From positions 2,059 to 47,116 of the forward strand of contig CAZVVG010000002.1 in NCBI GenBank assembly GCA_964630615.1: 45,058 nucleotides of DNA. The letters are read 5' to 3'. The DNA is from an uncultured Bdellovibrionales bacterium. GTDB lineage: Bacteria; Patescibacteriota; Minisyncoccia; Moranbacterales; UBA2206. Positions 1-7,557 of this stretch are shown piece after piece; position 1 is the stretch's first letter; each line of letters begins with the position of its first letter. Both the position numbers and the translations under genes were made by a program. The notes under the pieces were generated by a model. That model worked only from the letters and a program-made list of their open reading frames with translations, was not told the DNA's origin and ran no database searches.

Positions 1-936
1 GATGAAATTCAGGAAGTTTTGAAGGGAGCGGATATGGTTTTTGTCACTTGTGGTTTGGGTGGAGGAACAGGAACCGGAGCAGCCCCGATTGTGGCCGAGA
101 CGGCCAAAGAACTTGGAGCCTTGACCGTAGCGGTTGTTACCAAGCCTTTTTCTTTTGAAGGTGCTCAGAGAAAGGCCATCGCCGATGAGGGTCTGGAAAA
201 TCTGAAAGAAAGAGTGGATACACTAATCACCATTCCCAATGACAAACTTCTTCAAATTATTGATAAGAAAACTACTTTAATCAGTTCTTTCAAAATTGTT
301 GACGATGTTTTGCGCCAAGGGGTTCAGGGGATTTCTGACCTAATTACGAAGCCGGGAATTGTCAACGTGGACTTTGCCGATGTCAAAGCCATTATGGCTA
401 ATAGCGGTTCGGCCCTGATGGGTATTGGTCTGGGATCAGGAGAAAATCGAGCGGCCGAAGCCGCCCGGGCGGCGATTAATAGTCCGTTGCTAGAACTTTC
501 TATTGATGGGGCGAAGGGCGTGCTCTTTAATGTGAGCGGCTGTAGTGATTTGACTATGCTGGAGATAAATGAAGCGGCGAATATTATTACTGAATCCATT
601 GATCCCAATGCCAAGGTGATTTTCGGAGCTGTCATTGACGACTCAATTAAAAAGGGAGAATTGCAAATAACGGTTGTTGCTACAGGTTTTGATGCGGATC
701 GGGTCAAGGAAAATCCGCTGGAAAAAATTTCTCGCCTGAATCGTGAAGAGCAGAAAAAGAAAGAAGAAAAAAACGAAGCTCCAAGGATTACTTTCCCGAG
801 AAAAATTGAAACCAAGATGATTGTTGAAGAGAAAATTCCCCCGCGGGTTAATCGTTCTTTAAAGGAAGAGGGAGGTTTGGAAGAGGATGATGATTTAGAG
901 ATTCCGGCTTTCATCAGGAGAAAAATGGGGAAATAG
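1..936 (+). CDS. ftsZ: Cell division protein FtsZ, 5'-truncated by window edge
   Basis: The frame is open from base 1, upstream of the listed Met at 19. The translation [31 protein letters not shown] carries the tubulin/FtsZ GGGTGTG signature. The C-terminus has the conserved [12 protein letters not shown] tail peptide. Confidence 0.95.
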   Translation, partial: DEIQEVLKGADMVFVTCGLGGGTGTGAAPIVAETAKELGALTVAVVTKPFSFEGAQRKAIADEGLENLKERVDTLITIPNDKLLQIIDKKTTLISSFKIVDDVLRQGVQGISDLITKPGIVNVDFADVKAIMANSGSALMGIGLGSGENRAAEAARAAINSPLLELSIDGAKGVLFNVSGCSDLTMLEINEAANIITESIDPNAKVIFGAVIDDSIKKGELQITVVATGFDADRVKENPLEKISRLNREEQKKKEEKNEAPRITFPRKIETKMIVEEKIPPRVNRSLKEEGGLEEDDDLEIPAFIRRKMGK

Positions 937-1091
937 GATAAAAGGAAAAAATTTTCCTCAAGAAAATCATTAACGAATATCGATGTCCAAGAAACCTCTG
1001 CCCAAAGCAAGGTTTTTTGTTTCTTGGAGAGGGAGTTAAGGAAAGTAAATTGAAAACAAAATACTAAATGAGCTAAAGGAGGAAAGAGAAA

Positions 1092-1433
1092 ATGGCTGGA
1101 AAAGAGAAATTTACACAGTGGTTTATTGAACCGAAAGACAAAAATTTTAATGATAGAATGGCTGAATATCTTTCAATGAGGAAGGGCTTTTGTGCCGAAA
1201 GCCAGCTGATTAAGGATAAAAAGGGGAAAGAAAGAGAAGTCTTTGAAGTTCAATTTTGGCTTTTATCCTACCTTATTCAAAACAGAAGCAGTTTGGGTTT
1301 TAGAAAGTTTAATTTTTATTTCCGGAAAAATTATGGACCGTTAGAGATTCCTCCCAATTTTCTTTTGAAGCCAAAAAAGTCCAAAAAGCTAAAAGCTATG
1401 GAGGAAAAGTTAATCTCTTTAGATAAGGGGTAA
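1092..1433 (+). CDS. Hypothetical basic 113-aa protein
   Basis: ORF preceded by a strong SD (aaaggagg, about 9 nt upstream) and followed by a clean terminator. No family recognised. Confidence 0.55.
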   Translation: MAGKEKFTQWFIEPKDKNFNDRMAEYLSMRKGFCAESQLIKDKKGKEREVFEVQFWLLSYLIQNRSSLGFRKFNFYFRKNYGPLEIPPNFLLKPKKSKKLKAMEEKLISLDKG

Positions 1434-1447
1434 GGCTTAAAATAAAA

Positions 1448-1475
1448 CGCCAGGAAAATTTTCTGGCGTTTTTTT
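1448..1475 (+). terminator. Rho-independent terminator
   Basis: Stem cgccag / ctggcg with a 9-nt loop, followed by a T-run. Confidence 0.7.
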
Positions 1476-1478
1476 GAA

Positions 1479-1492
1479 AGTTATCCACAGCC
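1479..1492 (+). promoter_or_regulatory. 14-mer AGTTATCCACAGCC containing a perfect DnaA-box 9-mer (TTATCCACA)
   Basis: Exact match to the consensus DnaA box at 1481-1489. The same 14-mer occurs inverted at 3378-3391. Confidence 0.3.
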
Positions 1493-1516
1493 TCCCTTGG
1501 CAAGGGAGGGCATAGA

Positions 1517-1529
1517 TGATATAATATCA
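1517..1529. promoter_or_regulatory. Perfect 13-nt palindrome TGATATAATATCA overlapping a TATAAT -10 upstream of lexA (candidate promoter/operator)
   Basis: The palindrome was read directly. It contains TATAAT, and a second TATAAT follows at 1531-1536. It lies about 30 nt upstream of the lexA start. Confidence 0.35.
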
Positions 1530-1556
1530 CTATAATCAACTTAAGCTATCACTAAA

Positions 1557-2225
1557 ATGGAAAAATTAACGACGAAACAAAAAACGATTCTAGAAACCAT
1601 TCGGGAAATAATTGAGAAACGGGGGGAAAATCCCACCGCTTATCGGGTTCATAAGTATTTGGAAGAGGAGGGGGTGGAAATGGGAAACTTGAAAGGAACG
1701 GTTCAGGTAGTGGAAGCTCTGGAAAGAAAAGACCTCCTAAAAAGAGATGAAAATAAACGCATATTCTTGGTGGAAAATGAAGGTTATGCCAATTTTAAGA
1801 ATATCTTTACGATTCCTCTTTACGGTCTGGCTTCTTGTGGAGAAGCTCTGGCTTACGCTGAAAATAATAACGTTGATGGATATCTTCAGATATCCGAAAG
1901 TCTTTTTCGAAAAAGTGATCCGGCCAGACTGTTTGCCGTTAAGGCGCTGGGAGATTCAATGGATAAGGAAGAAATTAATGATGGGGATTACGTGGTTTTT
2001 GAGAAATGCGATTCAAGCTACAACTTTGACGGAAAAATCGTCGTAGCGGTGATTAACGGAATGGCGACTATTAAGCGGTATAAAAAATTAAAACACGGAA
2101 TTATCGGTCTTTTTCCGCATTCAACGAATAGGCTTCACCAACCAATATATTTGGATGAATCGGATAACATTCTAATCGCTGGAATTTTCCGCAAAGTTCT
2201 TCCCGTAACTTTTGTCAGTTTGTGA
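1557..2225 (+). CDS. lexA: LexA-like repressor (wHTH + S24 peptidase)
   Basis: N-terminal winged-helix-like region. Candidate Cys-Gly self-cleavage site in LASCGEA. S24 catalytic Ser in GDSM and Lys in TIKRYKK. Confidence 0.85.
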   Translation: MEKLTTKQKTILETIREIIEKRGENPTAYRVHKYLEEEGVEMGNLKGTVQVVEALERKDLLKRDENKRIFLVENEGYANFKNIFTIPLYGLASCGEALAYAENNNVDGYLQISESLFRKSDPARLFAVKALGDSMDKEEINDGDYVVFEKCDSSYNFDGKIVVAVINGMATIKRYKKLKHGIIGLFPHSTNRLHQPIYLDESDNILIAGIFRKVLPVTFVSL

Positions 2226-2283
2226 ATGATTTTTCTATTTTCTTGCTCCGTGTTAGAATTATTTTGTTAGCGAAAAAACTTCT

Positions 2284-3360
2284 ATGGAAATAACAATTTT
2301 AACAATTTTAGTTTTGGGATTGGGGATTATTATGTTCTTGCTGTTAAGGAAAGAAAAATCCGGCAAAAATGAAGAGATGATTGTTCTTATGGAAAAAATT
2401 TCCAACCTAACTGGTCAGAACGAAAAACTTCGTGAGGTAATCGATAGCAAGCTTAAGGAAACGCACCAGGCCAACCAGAGTCAACTTTTTAACGTTAATC
2501 GGACAATTCAGGAAATTAATAGTCAGTCTGCTAAGTTAATTTCTGAAATAACGGAGAAACTGACCAAACTGGATGACACCAACAAGCAGGTAATTAATTT
2601 TTCCGCCCAACTTCAAAACTTGCAAGACATTCTCAAAAATCCAAAACAGAGAGGCGTTTTAGGCGAGTATTTTTTGGAAGAAACGTTAAAAAATGTGCTG
2701 CCTCCGAATTCCTATAAAATGCAATACGAATTTAAGGATGGGGTCATCGTGGACGCGGTAGTTTTTGTCAAAGAAAAAATTATTCCGATTGATTCCAAGT
2801 TTTCTTTAGAGAACTACGAAAGGATTCTCAATGCCGCGGATGAATCAGAGCGAGAGGCTTTGGAGAAGGCTTTTAAGCAAGACTTAAAAAATCGAATTGA
2901 CGAAACTTCTAAATACATAAAGCCAGAAGAAGGAACTATGGAATTTGCCTTTATGTTTATTCCTTCAGAGGCCATTTATTATGATCTTTTGGTGAATAAA
3001 ATTGGAGCTGTGAAAATTGATACCAAAAGTATGATTGAATACGCGTTTCGAGATAAGCATGTGGTTATTGTTTCGCCAACCTCTTTTTTAGCCTATCTCC
3101 AAACGGTTCTTCAAGGTTTAAGGGCAATGGAAATTGAAGAAAATGCCAAAGAAATTAAATCCAACGTGGCTAATCTCCAAAAGCATATTCTGAACTTTGA
3201 TAATTTTATGCAAAAACTTGGCGCGAGTATGTCAACGACGGTTAATAATTACAATCAGGCCTACAAAGAACTCAATAAGATTGACAAAGACGTGGTGAAA
3301 ATTACTGGCAGTGAAAGAGGAATTGAGCCGGAGCTTTTAGAAAAGCCTAACGTGGAATAA
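2284..3360 (+). CDS. rmuC: DNA recombination protein RmuC
   Basis: N-terminal TM helix, a long coiled-coil, and a C-terminal RmuC-type region (FAFMFIPSEAIYYDL, VVIVSPTSFLAYLQ). Confidence 0.85.
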   Translation: MEITILTILVLGLGIIMFLLLRKEKSGKNEEMIVLMEKISNLTGQNEKLREVIDSKLKETHQANQSQLFNVNRTIQEINSQSAKLISEITEKLTKLDDTNKQVINFSAQLQNLQDILKNPKQRGVLGEYFLEETLKNVLPPNSYKMQYEFKDGVIVDAVVFVKEKIIPIDSKFSLENYERILNAADESEREALEKAFKQDLKNRIDETSKYIKPEEGTMEFAFMFIPSEAIYYDLLVNKIGAVKIDTKSMIEYAFRDKHVVIVSPTSFLAYLQTVLQGLRAMEIEENAKEIKSNVANLQKHILNFDNFMQKLGASMSTTVNNYNQAYKELNKIDKDVVKITGSERGIEPELLEKPNVE

Positions 3361-3377
3361 ATTAAAAATTTCTTTTT

Positions 3378-3391
3378 GGCTGTGGATAACT
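3378..3391 (-). promoter_or_regulatory. Inverted copy of the 14-mer AGTTATCCACAGCC (DnaA-box 9-mer on the minus strand)
   Basis: GGCTGTGGATAACT is the exact reverse complement of 1479-1492. Confidence 0.3.
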
Positions 3392-3409
3392 CTGAATTTT
3401 GGCTTAAAG

Positions 3410-3430
3410 TCTGCCTCTTGGCAGATTTTT
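3410..3430 (+). terminator. Rho-independent terminator after rmuC
   Basis: Stem tctgcc / ggcaga, loop tctt, then ttttt. Confidence 0.7.
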
Positions 3431-3457
3431 AAATTGTGTTAGAATAATAAAAACATA

Positions 3458-3471
3458 TACTATATATAGTA
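3458..3471. promoter_or_regulatory. NrdR-box-like perfect palindrome TACTATATATAGTA
   Basis: The 14-nt perfect palindrome has a core CTATATATAG that matches the core of the published NrdR-box consensus (acaCwAtATaTwgtgt). It lies 43 nt upstream of the nrdR start. Confidence 0.55.
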
Positions 3472-3513
3472 GATATTTCTCATAGCTACACCCTATTACG
3501 TAAAATTATTATT

Positions 3514-3966
3514 ATGAATTGCCCTTTTTGCAATAACTCAGAAACTAAAGTTGTTGACTCCCGGGAAACGAATGAAGGAAAAATTACCCGGCGCCGTCGA
3601 GAATGTTTGAAGTGTGAGGCACGCTTCAGTACCTATGAAGAGGTGGAAATTTTACGTTTGACGGTTATTAAGAAAGACGGATCGCGGGTTGAATATGATA
3701 AAACCAAAATTGAAACCGGAATTCGTAAAGCGCTAGAAAAACGTCCTCTTTCTAAAGAAAAGATAGCTAAGACTCTGGGCGATATTGAATATGAAATTAG
3801 TTCTCTGGAAAAACCGGAAATCACAACCCGGGAAATTGGCAAGATTGTTCTCAAAAAACTCAGGGAGCTGGACGAAGTCGCTTATGTTCGCTTCGCCAGT
3901 GTTTATAAATCCTTTGGTAGCATTGAAAGTTTTAAAAAAGAACTTGACCTTCTGGACAAGGAATAA
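3514..3966 (+). CDS. nrdR: Transcriptional repressor NrdR
   Basis: Zn-ribbon CPFC...CLKC in a textbook NrdR N-terminus (MNCPFCNNSETKVVDSRE), followed by an ATP-cone. Confidence 0.95.
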   Translation: MNCPFCNNSETKVVDSRETNEGKITRRRRECLKCEARFSTYEEVEILRLTVIKKDGSRVEYDKTKIETGIRKALEKRPLSKEKIAKTLGDIEYEISSLEKPEITTREIGKIVLKKLRELDEVAYVRFASVYKSFGSIESFKKELDLLDKE

Positions 3967-4049
3967 ATTTTTTAATTAATTTTTATTAAAGCGGACGAGG
4001 ATGGCGTGTTTGAAGTATTTTCAAAAGCTACTTTCTTGGTCGCGGAAAA

Positions 4050-6254
4050 GTGATGAAAAATAAAAACAAAGAAAAGGGGGAAAAGAAAGGCGATAACAAA
4101 AAAACATCAAGCGGGAAAAGAAGGCTTGAAAACAAGATTAGAAAAATAATCAAGAGAAGCGGAAACATCGTGCCTTTTAACCCGGGAAAAATTACCAAAG
4201 CGGTGGCCAAAGCTTTTCTCGCGACTGGGGAAGGGAGTTTCCAAGACGCCCAAAGAGTAAGCCGAAAAGCCGTTCAGCTTTTAAATAAGAACTACAAAAA
4301 AGGCTATATTCCCGAAATTGAAGAAATTCAGGATTTGGTGGAAAGAGTCCTGATGGTTTTAGATTTTGAAGAAACGGCCAAGGCCTATATTCTCTATCGA
4401 GAACAACATCGAAAAATTCGGGAAACCGAAGAGTCCTTAAGAGAAGCAGTCAGTCTGGTGGATAAATATATTCAAGAAATTGACTGGAAGGTAAAAGAAA
4501 ATGCTAATATGGCTTATTCCTTGCAAGGACTTAATAATTATGTTTCTTCTATTGTCAGCTCTAATTATTGGATGAATCGGGTTTATTCTAAGGAAATTCG
4601 CGAGGCTCACGAGGGAGGAGATTTCCATATTCATGACCTCCAGCTAGTGGCCGCTTATTGTTGCGGATGGGATTTACAGGATCTTTTGCGTCGAGGTTTT
4701 ACTGGAGTTTTTGGAAAAGTAGCTTGCAAGCCAGCGAAGCATCTAGGTTCCGCTTTGGGACAAATGGTTAACTTCATTTATACTCTTCAAGGTGAAGTGG
4801 CGGGAGCGCAAGCTTTTTCTAATGTGGACACTTTACTCGCCCCCTTTGTCCGTTACGATAAACTCAGCTACGAAAAGGTTAAACAGGAAATTCAATCCTT
4901 TGTTTTTAATATGAACGTTGCGACGCGGGTGGGATTTCAAACTCCTTTTTCCAATATTACCCTAGATGTTACTCCGCCTAAAAACTTAGCCGAGGAAGCT
5001 GTTATAGTTGGGGGCGTCCCCCAAAAAGAAACTTACGGAGATTTTCAGGAAGAAATGAATATGCTGAACCGGGCTTTCGCAGAAGTAATGACTTCCGGCG
5101 ACGCGAATGGAAGGATTTTTACTTTCCCAATTCCTACTTATAACATTGGAAAAAATTTTGACTGGAAAGATAAACGTTACGACCCGATTTGGGAAATGAC
5201 GGCTAAATACGGGATTCCTTATTTTGCAAATTTTATCAATTCCGATATGGACCCTGATGATGCGCGTAGCATGTGTTGCCGCTTACGTCTTGATAACCGC
5301 GAGTTGCATAAAAGAGGCGGCGGTCTGTTTGGCGCCAATCCTCTTACGGGTTCTATTGGAGTGGTAACCATTAACCTGCCTCGCTTGGGATATTTAGCAA
5401 AAAACAAAAAAGATTTTTTTAAGCGACTGGAGGGATTGATGAATTTAGCGAAAGAAAGCTTGGAAACAAAAAGAAAATTAATCGAAAATTTGACGGAAAA
5501 GGGCCTTTATCCTTACACCAAGTTTTATCTGGATTCAATTAAGCTCCGCCGTGACTATTATTGGGGCAACCATTTTTCGACGATTGGCTTGGTGGGGATG
5601 AATGAAGCCCTGTTAAATCTTATTGGAGAAAATATAACAACTCGCGCCGGACAAAGACTAGCCAAAGAAATTTTGGAACAGATGCGAGAAAAAATTGTTG
5701 ACTACCAAAAAGAAACGGGCAACCTCTATAATTTGGAAGCGACTCCGGCGGAAGGCACCTCCTATCGTTTAGCCAGAATAGATAAGGAAAAATATCCTAA
5801 AATTGTTTTTGCCAACGATGAGATGGTCAAAGAAAAAGACGCAGAACCTTATTATACCAACTCTTCCCAATTGCCAGTTAACCATACGGAAGACATTTTT
5901 GAAGCGCTGGAACTGCAAGATGAGCTCCAGACTAAATACACGGGAGGAACCGTGTTGCACGGATTTTTGGGGGAAAGAATTATGGACGTGGAAACTACCA
6001 AAAAACTGGTGAAAAAAATAGCCGAAGATTATGCGCTGCCTTATTTCACACTTACTCCGACTTTCAGTATTTGTCCGGTGCATGGATATATTGCTGGCGA
6101 GCACTACACCTGCCCAAAGTGTGTGATAGAACAGAAAACCGAAGTCTACTCGCGCGTTGTGGGTTATATCCGACCGGTAGAACAATGGAACAAGGGAAAG
6201 CAAGCAGAGTTTTCTCAGCGGAAAGAATTCGTTTTAAAAAGTAAAAAAACTTAA
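4050..6254 (+). CDS. nrdD: Anaerobic (class III) ribonucleoside-triphosphate reductase NrdD
   Basis: K-rich N-terminal tail, an ATP-cone, a large NrdD body, a C-terminal CPVH...CPKC metal site and an RVVGY glycyl-radical loop. The GTG at 4050 is immediately followed by ATG at 4053, and either could be the start. Confidence 0.95.
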   Translation: MMKNKNKEKGEKKGDNKKTSSGKRRLENKIRKIIKRSGNIVPFNPGKITKAVAKAFLATGEGSFQDAQRVSRKAVQLLNKNYKKGYIPEIEEIQDLVERVLMVLDFEETAKAYILYREQHRKIRETEESLREAVSLVDKYIQEIDWKVKENANMAYSLQGLNNYVSSIVSSNYWMNRVYSKEIREAHEGGDFHIHDLQLVAAYCCGWDLQDLLRRGFTGVFGKVACKPAKHLGSALGQMVNFIYTLQGEVAGAQAFSNVDTLLAPFVRYDKLSYEKVKQEIQSFVFNMNVATRVGFQTPFSNITLDVTPPKNLAEEAVIVGGVPQKETYGDFQEEMNMLNRAFAEVMTSGDANGRIFTFPIPTYNIGKNFDWKDKRYDPIWEMTAKYGIPYFANFINSDMDPDDARSMCCRLRLDNRELHKRGGGLFGANPLTGSIGVVTINLPRLGYLAKNKKDFFKRLEGLMNLAKESLETKRKLIENLTEKGLYPYTKFYLDSIKLRRDYYWGNHFSTIGLVGMNEALLNLIGENITTRAGQRLAKEILEQMREKIVDYQKETGNLYNLEATPAEGTSYRLARIDKEKYPKIVFANDEMVKEKDAEPYYTNSSQLPVNHTEDIFEALELQDELQTKYTGGTVLHGFLGERIMDVETTKKLVKKIAEDYALPYFTLTPTFSICPVHGYIAGEHYTCPKCVIEQKTEVYSRVVGYIRPVEQWNKGKQAEFSQRKEFVLKSKKT
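6132..6229 (+). repeat. Direct repeat copy 1 (nrdD 3' end encoding the glycyl-radical loop)
   Basis: 98 nt matching 6425-6522 with 4 mismatches by manual alignment. Confidence 0.9.
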
Positions 6255-6289
6255 TCTATAAAAAATTTAAAATAATAAAATAAAAAACT

Positions 6290-6550
6290 ATGGAAAAAAT
6301 AATTTGTCATGACTGTCAAAAAAACTTAACTTCGGGTGAGCCGTACATGCCCTATCAAGAAGGAAAAAATAAATTTTCCAAGTGCCAAGCTTGTTATGAG
6401 CAAGATCCTGTGCTGAGAAACTTTCAGAAAACCGAAGTCTACTCGCGCGTCGTGGGCTATATCCGACCGGTAGAACAATGGAACAAGGGAAAGCAAGCAG
6501 AGTTTTCTCAGAGGAAAGAGTTTATTGTTTCCGAACCGGGTTGTTGTTAG
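6290..6550 (+). CDS. Small stand-alone protein: 4-Cys zinc-ribbon-like N-terminus plus a copy of the NrdD glycyl-radical C-terminus
   Basis: 86-aa ORF with CHDC...CQAC followed by QKTEVYSRVVGYIRPVEQWNKGKQAEFSQRKEF, which is identical in protein sequence to the NrdD tail. It sits between nrdD and nrdG with no terminator in between. Confidence 0.65.
   Translation: MEKIICHDCQKNLTSGEPYMPYQEGKNKFSKCQACYEQDPVLRNFQKTEVYSRVVGYIRPVEQWNKGKQAEFSQRKEFIVSEPGCC
6425..6522 (+). repeat. Direct repeat copy 2 (inside the small ORF)
   Basis: See 6132-6229. Confidence 0.9.
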
Positions 6551-6573
6551 TTTTAAAATGAAAAAAGATAGCG

Positions 6574-6601
6574 GGGCAATCTCGAATGTTCGGGATTGCC
6601 C
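6574..6601 (+). other. 8-bp GC-rich hairpin (gggcaatc / gattgccc) just upstream of nrdG
   Basis: Read directly. There is no T-run after it, so it is not a classical terminator. It overlaps the listed TTG start at 6596 and precedes the ATG at 6614. Confidence 0.35.
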
Positions 6602-7309
6602 TGGTTTAAAGCTATGGTTATCGGCGGTTATCAGAAACTTACTCTTATCGATTATCCAGGTAAATTAGCCTCTACGGTTTTTACCGTGGGTTGCAGTTTC
6701 CGTTGTCCCTTTTGCCACAATCCAGAACTTGTTTTGGATTCCGGGCCCAGCGGAAAAAATATTTTGGAAAAAGACTTCTTTGACTTTTTAAAAAAAAGAC
6801 AAAATAAACTGGAAGGAGTTTGTATTACCGGAGGCGAACCCACCATTCAAAAAGATATTGTTGAGTTTGTAAAAAAAATAAAAAACCTGGGATTCTTGGT
6901 AAAACTTGATACTAACGGCACGCGACCGGACGTCTTGAAAAAACTTTTCGATTTGAAATTGCTGGACTTTGTGGCTATGGATATCAAAAATCAATTGAAA
7001 AAATACGATCAAACTACGGGCGTGATCGGGGATAAAGAAAGAATAAAAATCAGCGTTGAATTAATAAAAAATTCCCAGCTTCCCTATGAATTTAGAACCA
7101 CAGTTGTTCCGGGCCTACATCAGGAGAAAGACTTTGAAGAGATTGCCCGTTGGATTGGAGGAGCGAAAAAATATTATTTGCAGGAATATCGAGAAATAAA
7201 AATCCTCAATCCGAAATTAAGAGAAAAAACCAAAGGGAAAAAAATTGATTTGGAAAAAATTCAAAAGAGAATCAAAAAATATTTCGGGCAAGTAGGCATT
7301 AGGAGATAA
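6596..7309 (+). CDS. nrdG: Anaerobic RNR activating protein NrdG (radical SAM)
   Basis: CSFRCPFCHN is a CxxxCxxC radical-SAM motif, and GGEPT is also present. The listed start is TTG at 6596. The in-frame ATG at 6614 (MVIGGYQKLTLIDYPGK) is more likely the true start. Confidence 0.9.
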   Translation: MPWFKAMVIGGYQKLTLIDYPGKLASTVFTVGCSFRCPFCHNPELVLDSGPSGKNILEKDFFDFLKKRQNKLEGVCITGGEPTIQKDIVEFVKKIKNLGFLVKLDTNGTRPDVLKKLFDLKLLDFVAMDIKNQLKKYDQTTGVIGDKERIKISVELIKNSQLPYEFRTTVVPGLHQEKDFEEIARWIGGAKKYYLQEYREIKILNPKLREKTKGKKIDLEKIQKRIKKYFGQVGIRR

Positions 7310-7314
7310 TTGTT

Positions 7315-7542
7315 ATGAGAATTATAGTTAAAATAATCCCTCGTTCTTCTCGCAATGAAGTTGTAAAAGATTCTGAAGGGGAGTATCGAGTCTGGGTGAC
7401 AAGCGCGCCGACCAAGGGAGAAGCTAATGAGAAATTATTAGAAGTTCTAGCAAAATTTTTTAAAACTCCTAAAAGTTTCCTCAGAATAGTTGGCGGAAAA
7501 TCCTCCCGAATCAAGATGGTAGATCTTTTACTGGTGCCCTAA
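7315..7542 (+). CDS. DUF167 / YggU-family small protein
   Basis: The pattern VKIIPRSSRNEV...GEANEKLLEVLAKFF...RIVGGKSSRIK is typical of UPF0235/DUF167. Confidence 0.75.
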   Translation: MRIIVKIIPRSSRNEVVKDSEGEYRVWVTSAPTKGEANEKLLEVLAKFFKTPKSFLRIVGGKSSRIKMVDLLLVP

Positions 7543-7557
7543 ATAATTTAGACGAAT

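Noticed and set aside
324-1010. 228-aa minus-strand ORF antisense to ftsZ
   Set aside because: It lies almost entirely within the strongly conserved ftsZ frame, has a low-complexity Ser/Phe-rich translation, and has no start context. It is a typical shadow ORF. The same reasoning applies to the other antisense or alternative-frame ORFs in the track inside nrdD, fusA, tuf, ribosomal protein genes, galT, gap, murD and others.
1481-3390. The two perfect DnaA boxes as the chromosomal origin (oriC)
   Set aside because: There are only two boxes, 1.9 kb apart and separated by two genes. There is no box cluster, no obvious DUE next to them, and no dnaA or dnaN in the window. They are kept only as a regulatory or IR curiosity.
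6290-6550. The small glycyl-radical ORF as a mere decaying partial duplication (pseudogene) of nrdD
   Set aside because: This is not fully excluded. However, the frame is intact, the duplicated part is confined to the functional Gly loop with all 4 differences synonymous at protein level, and a new 4-Cys N-terminus precedes it. It is therefore reported as a candidate gene.
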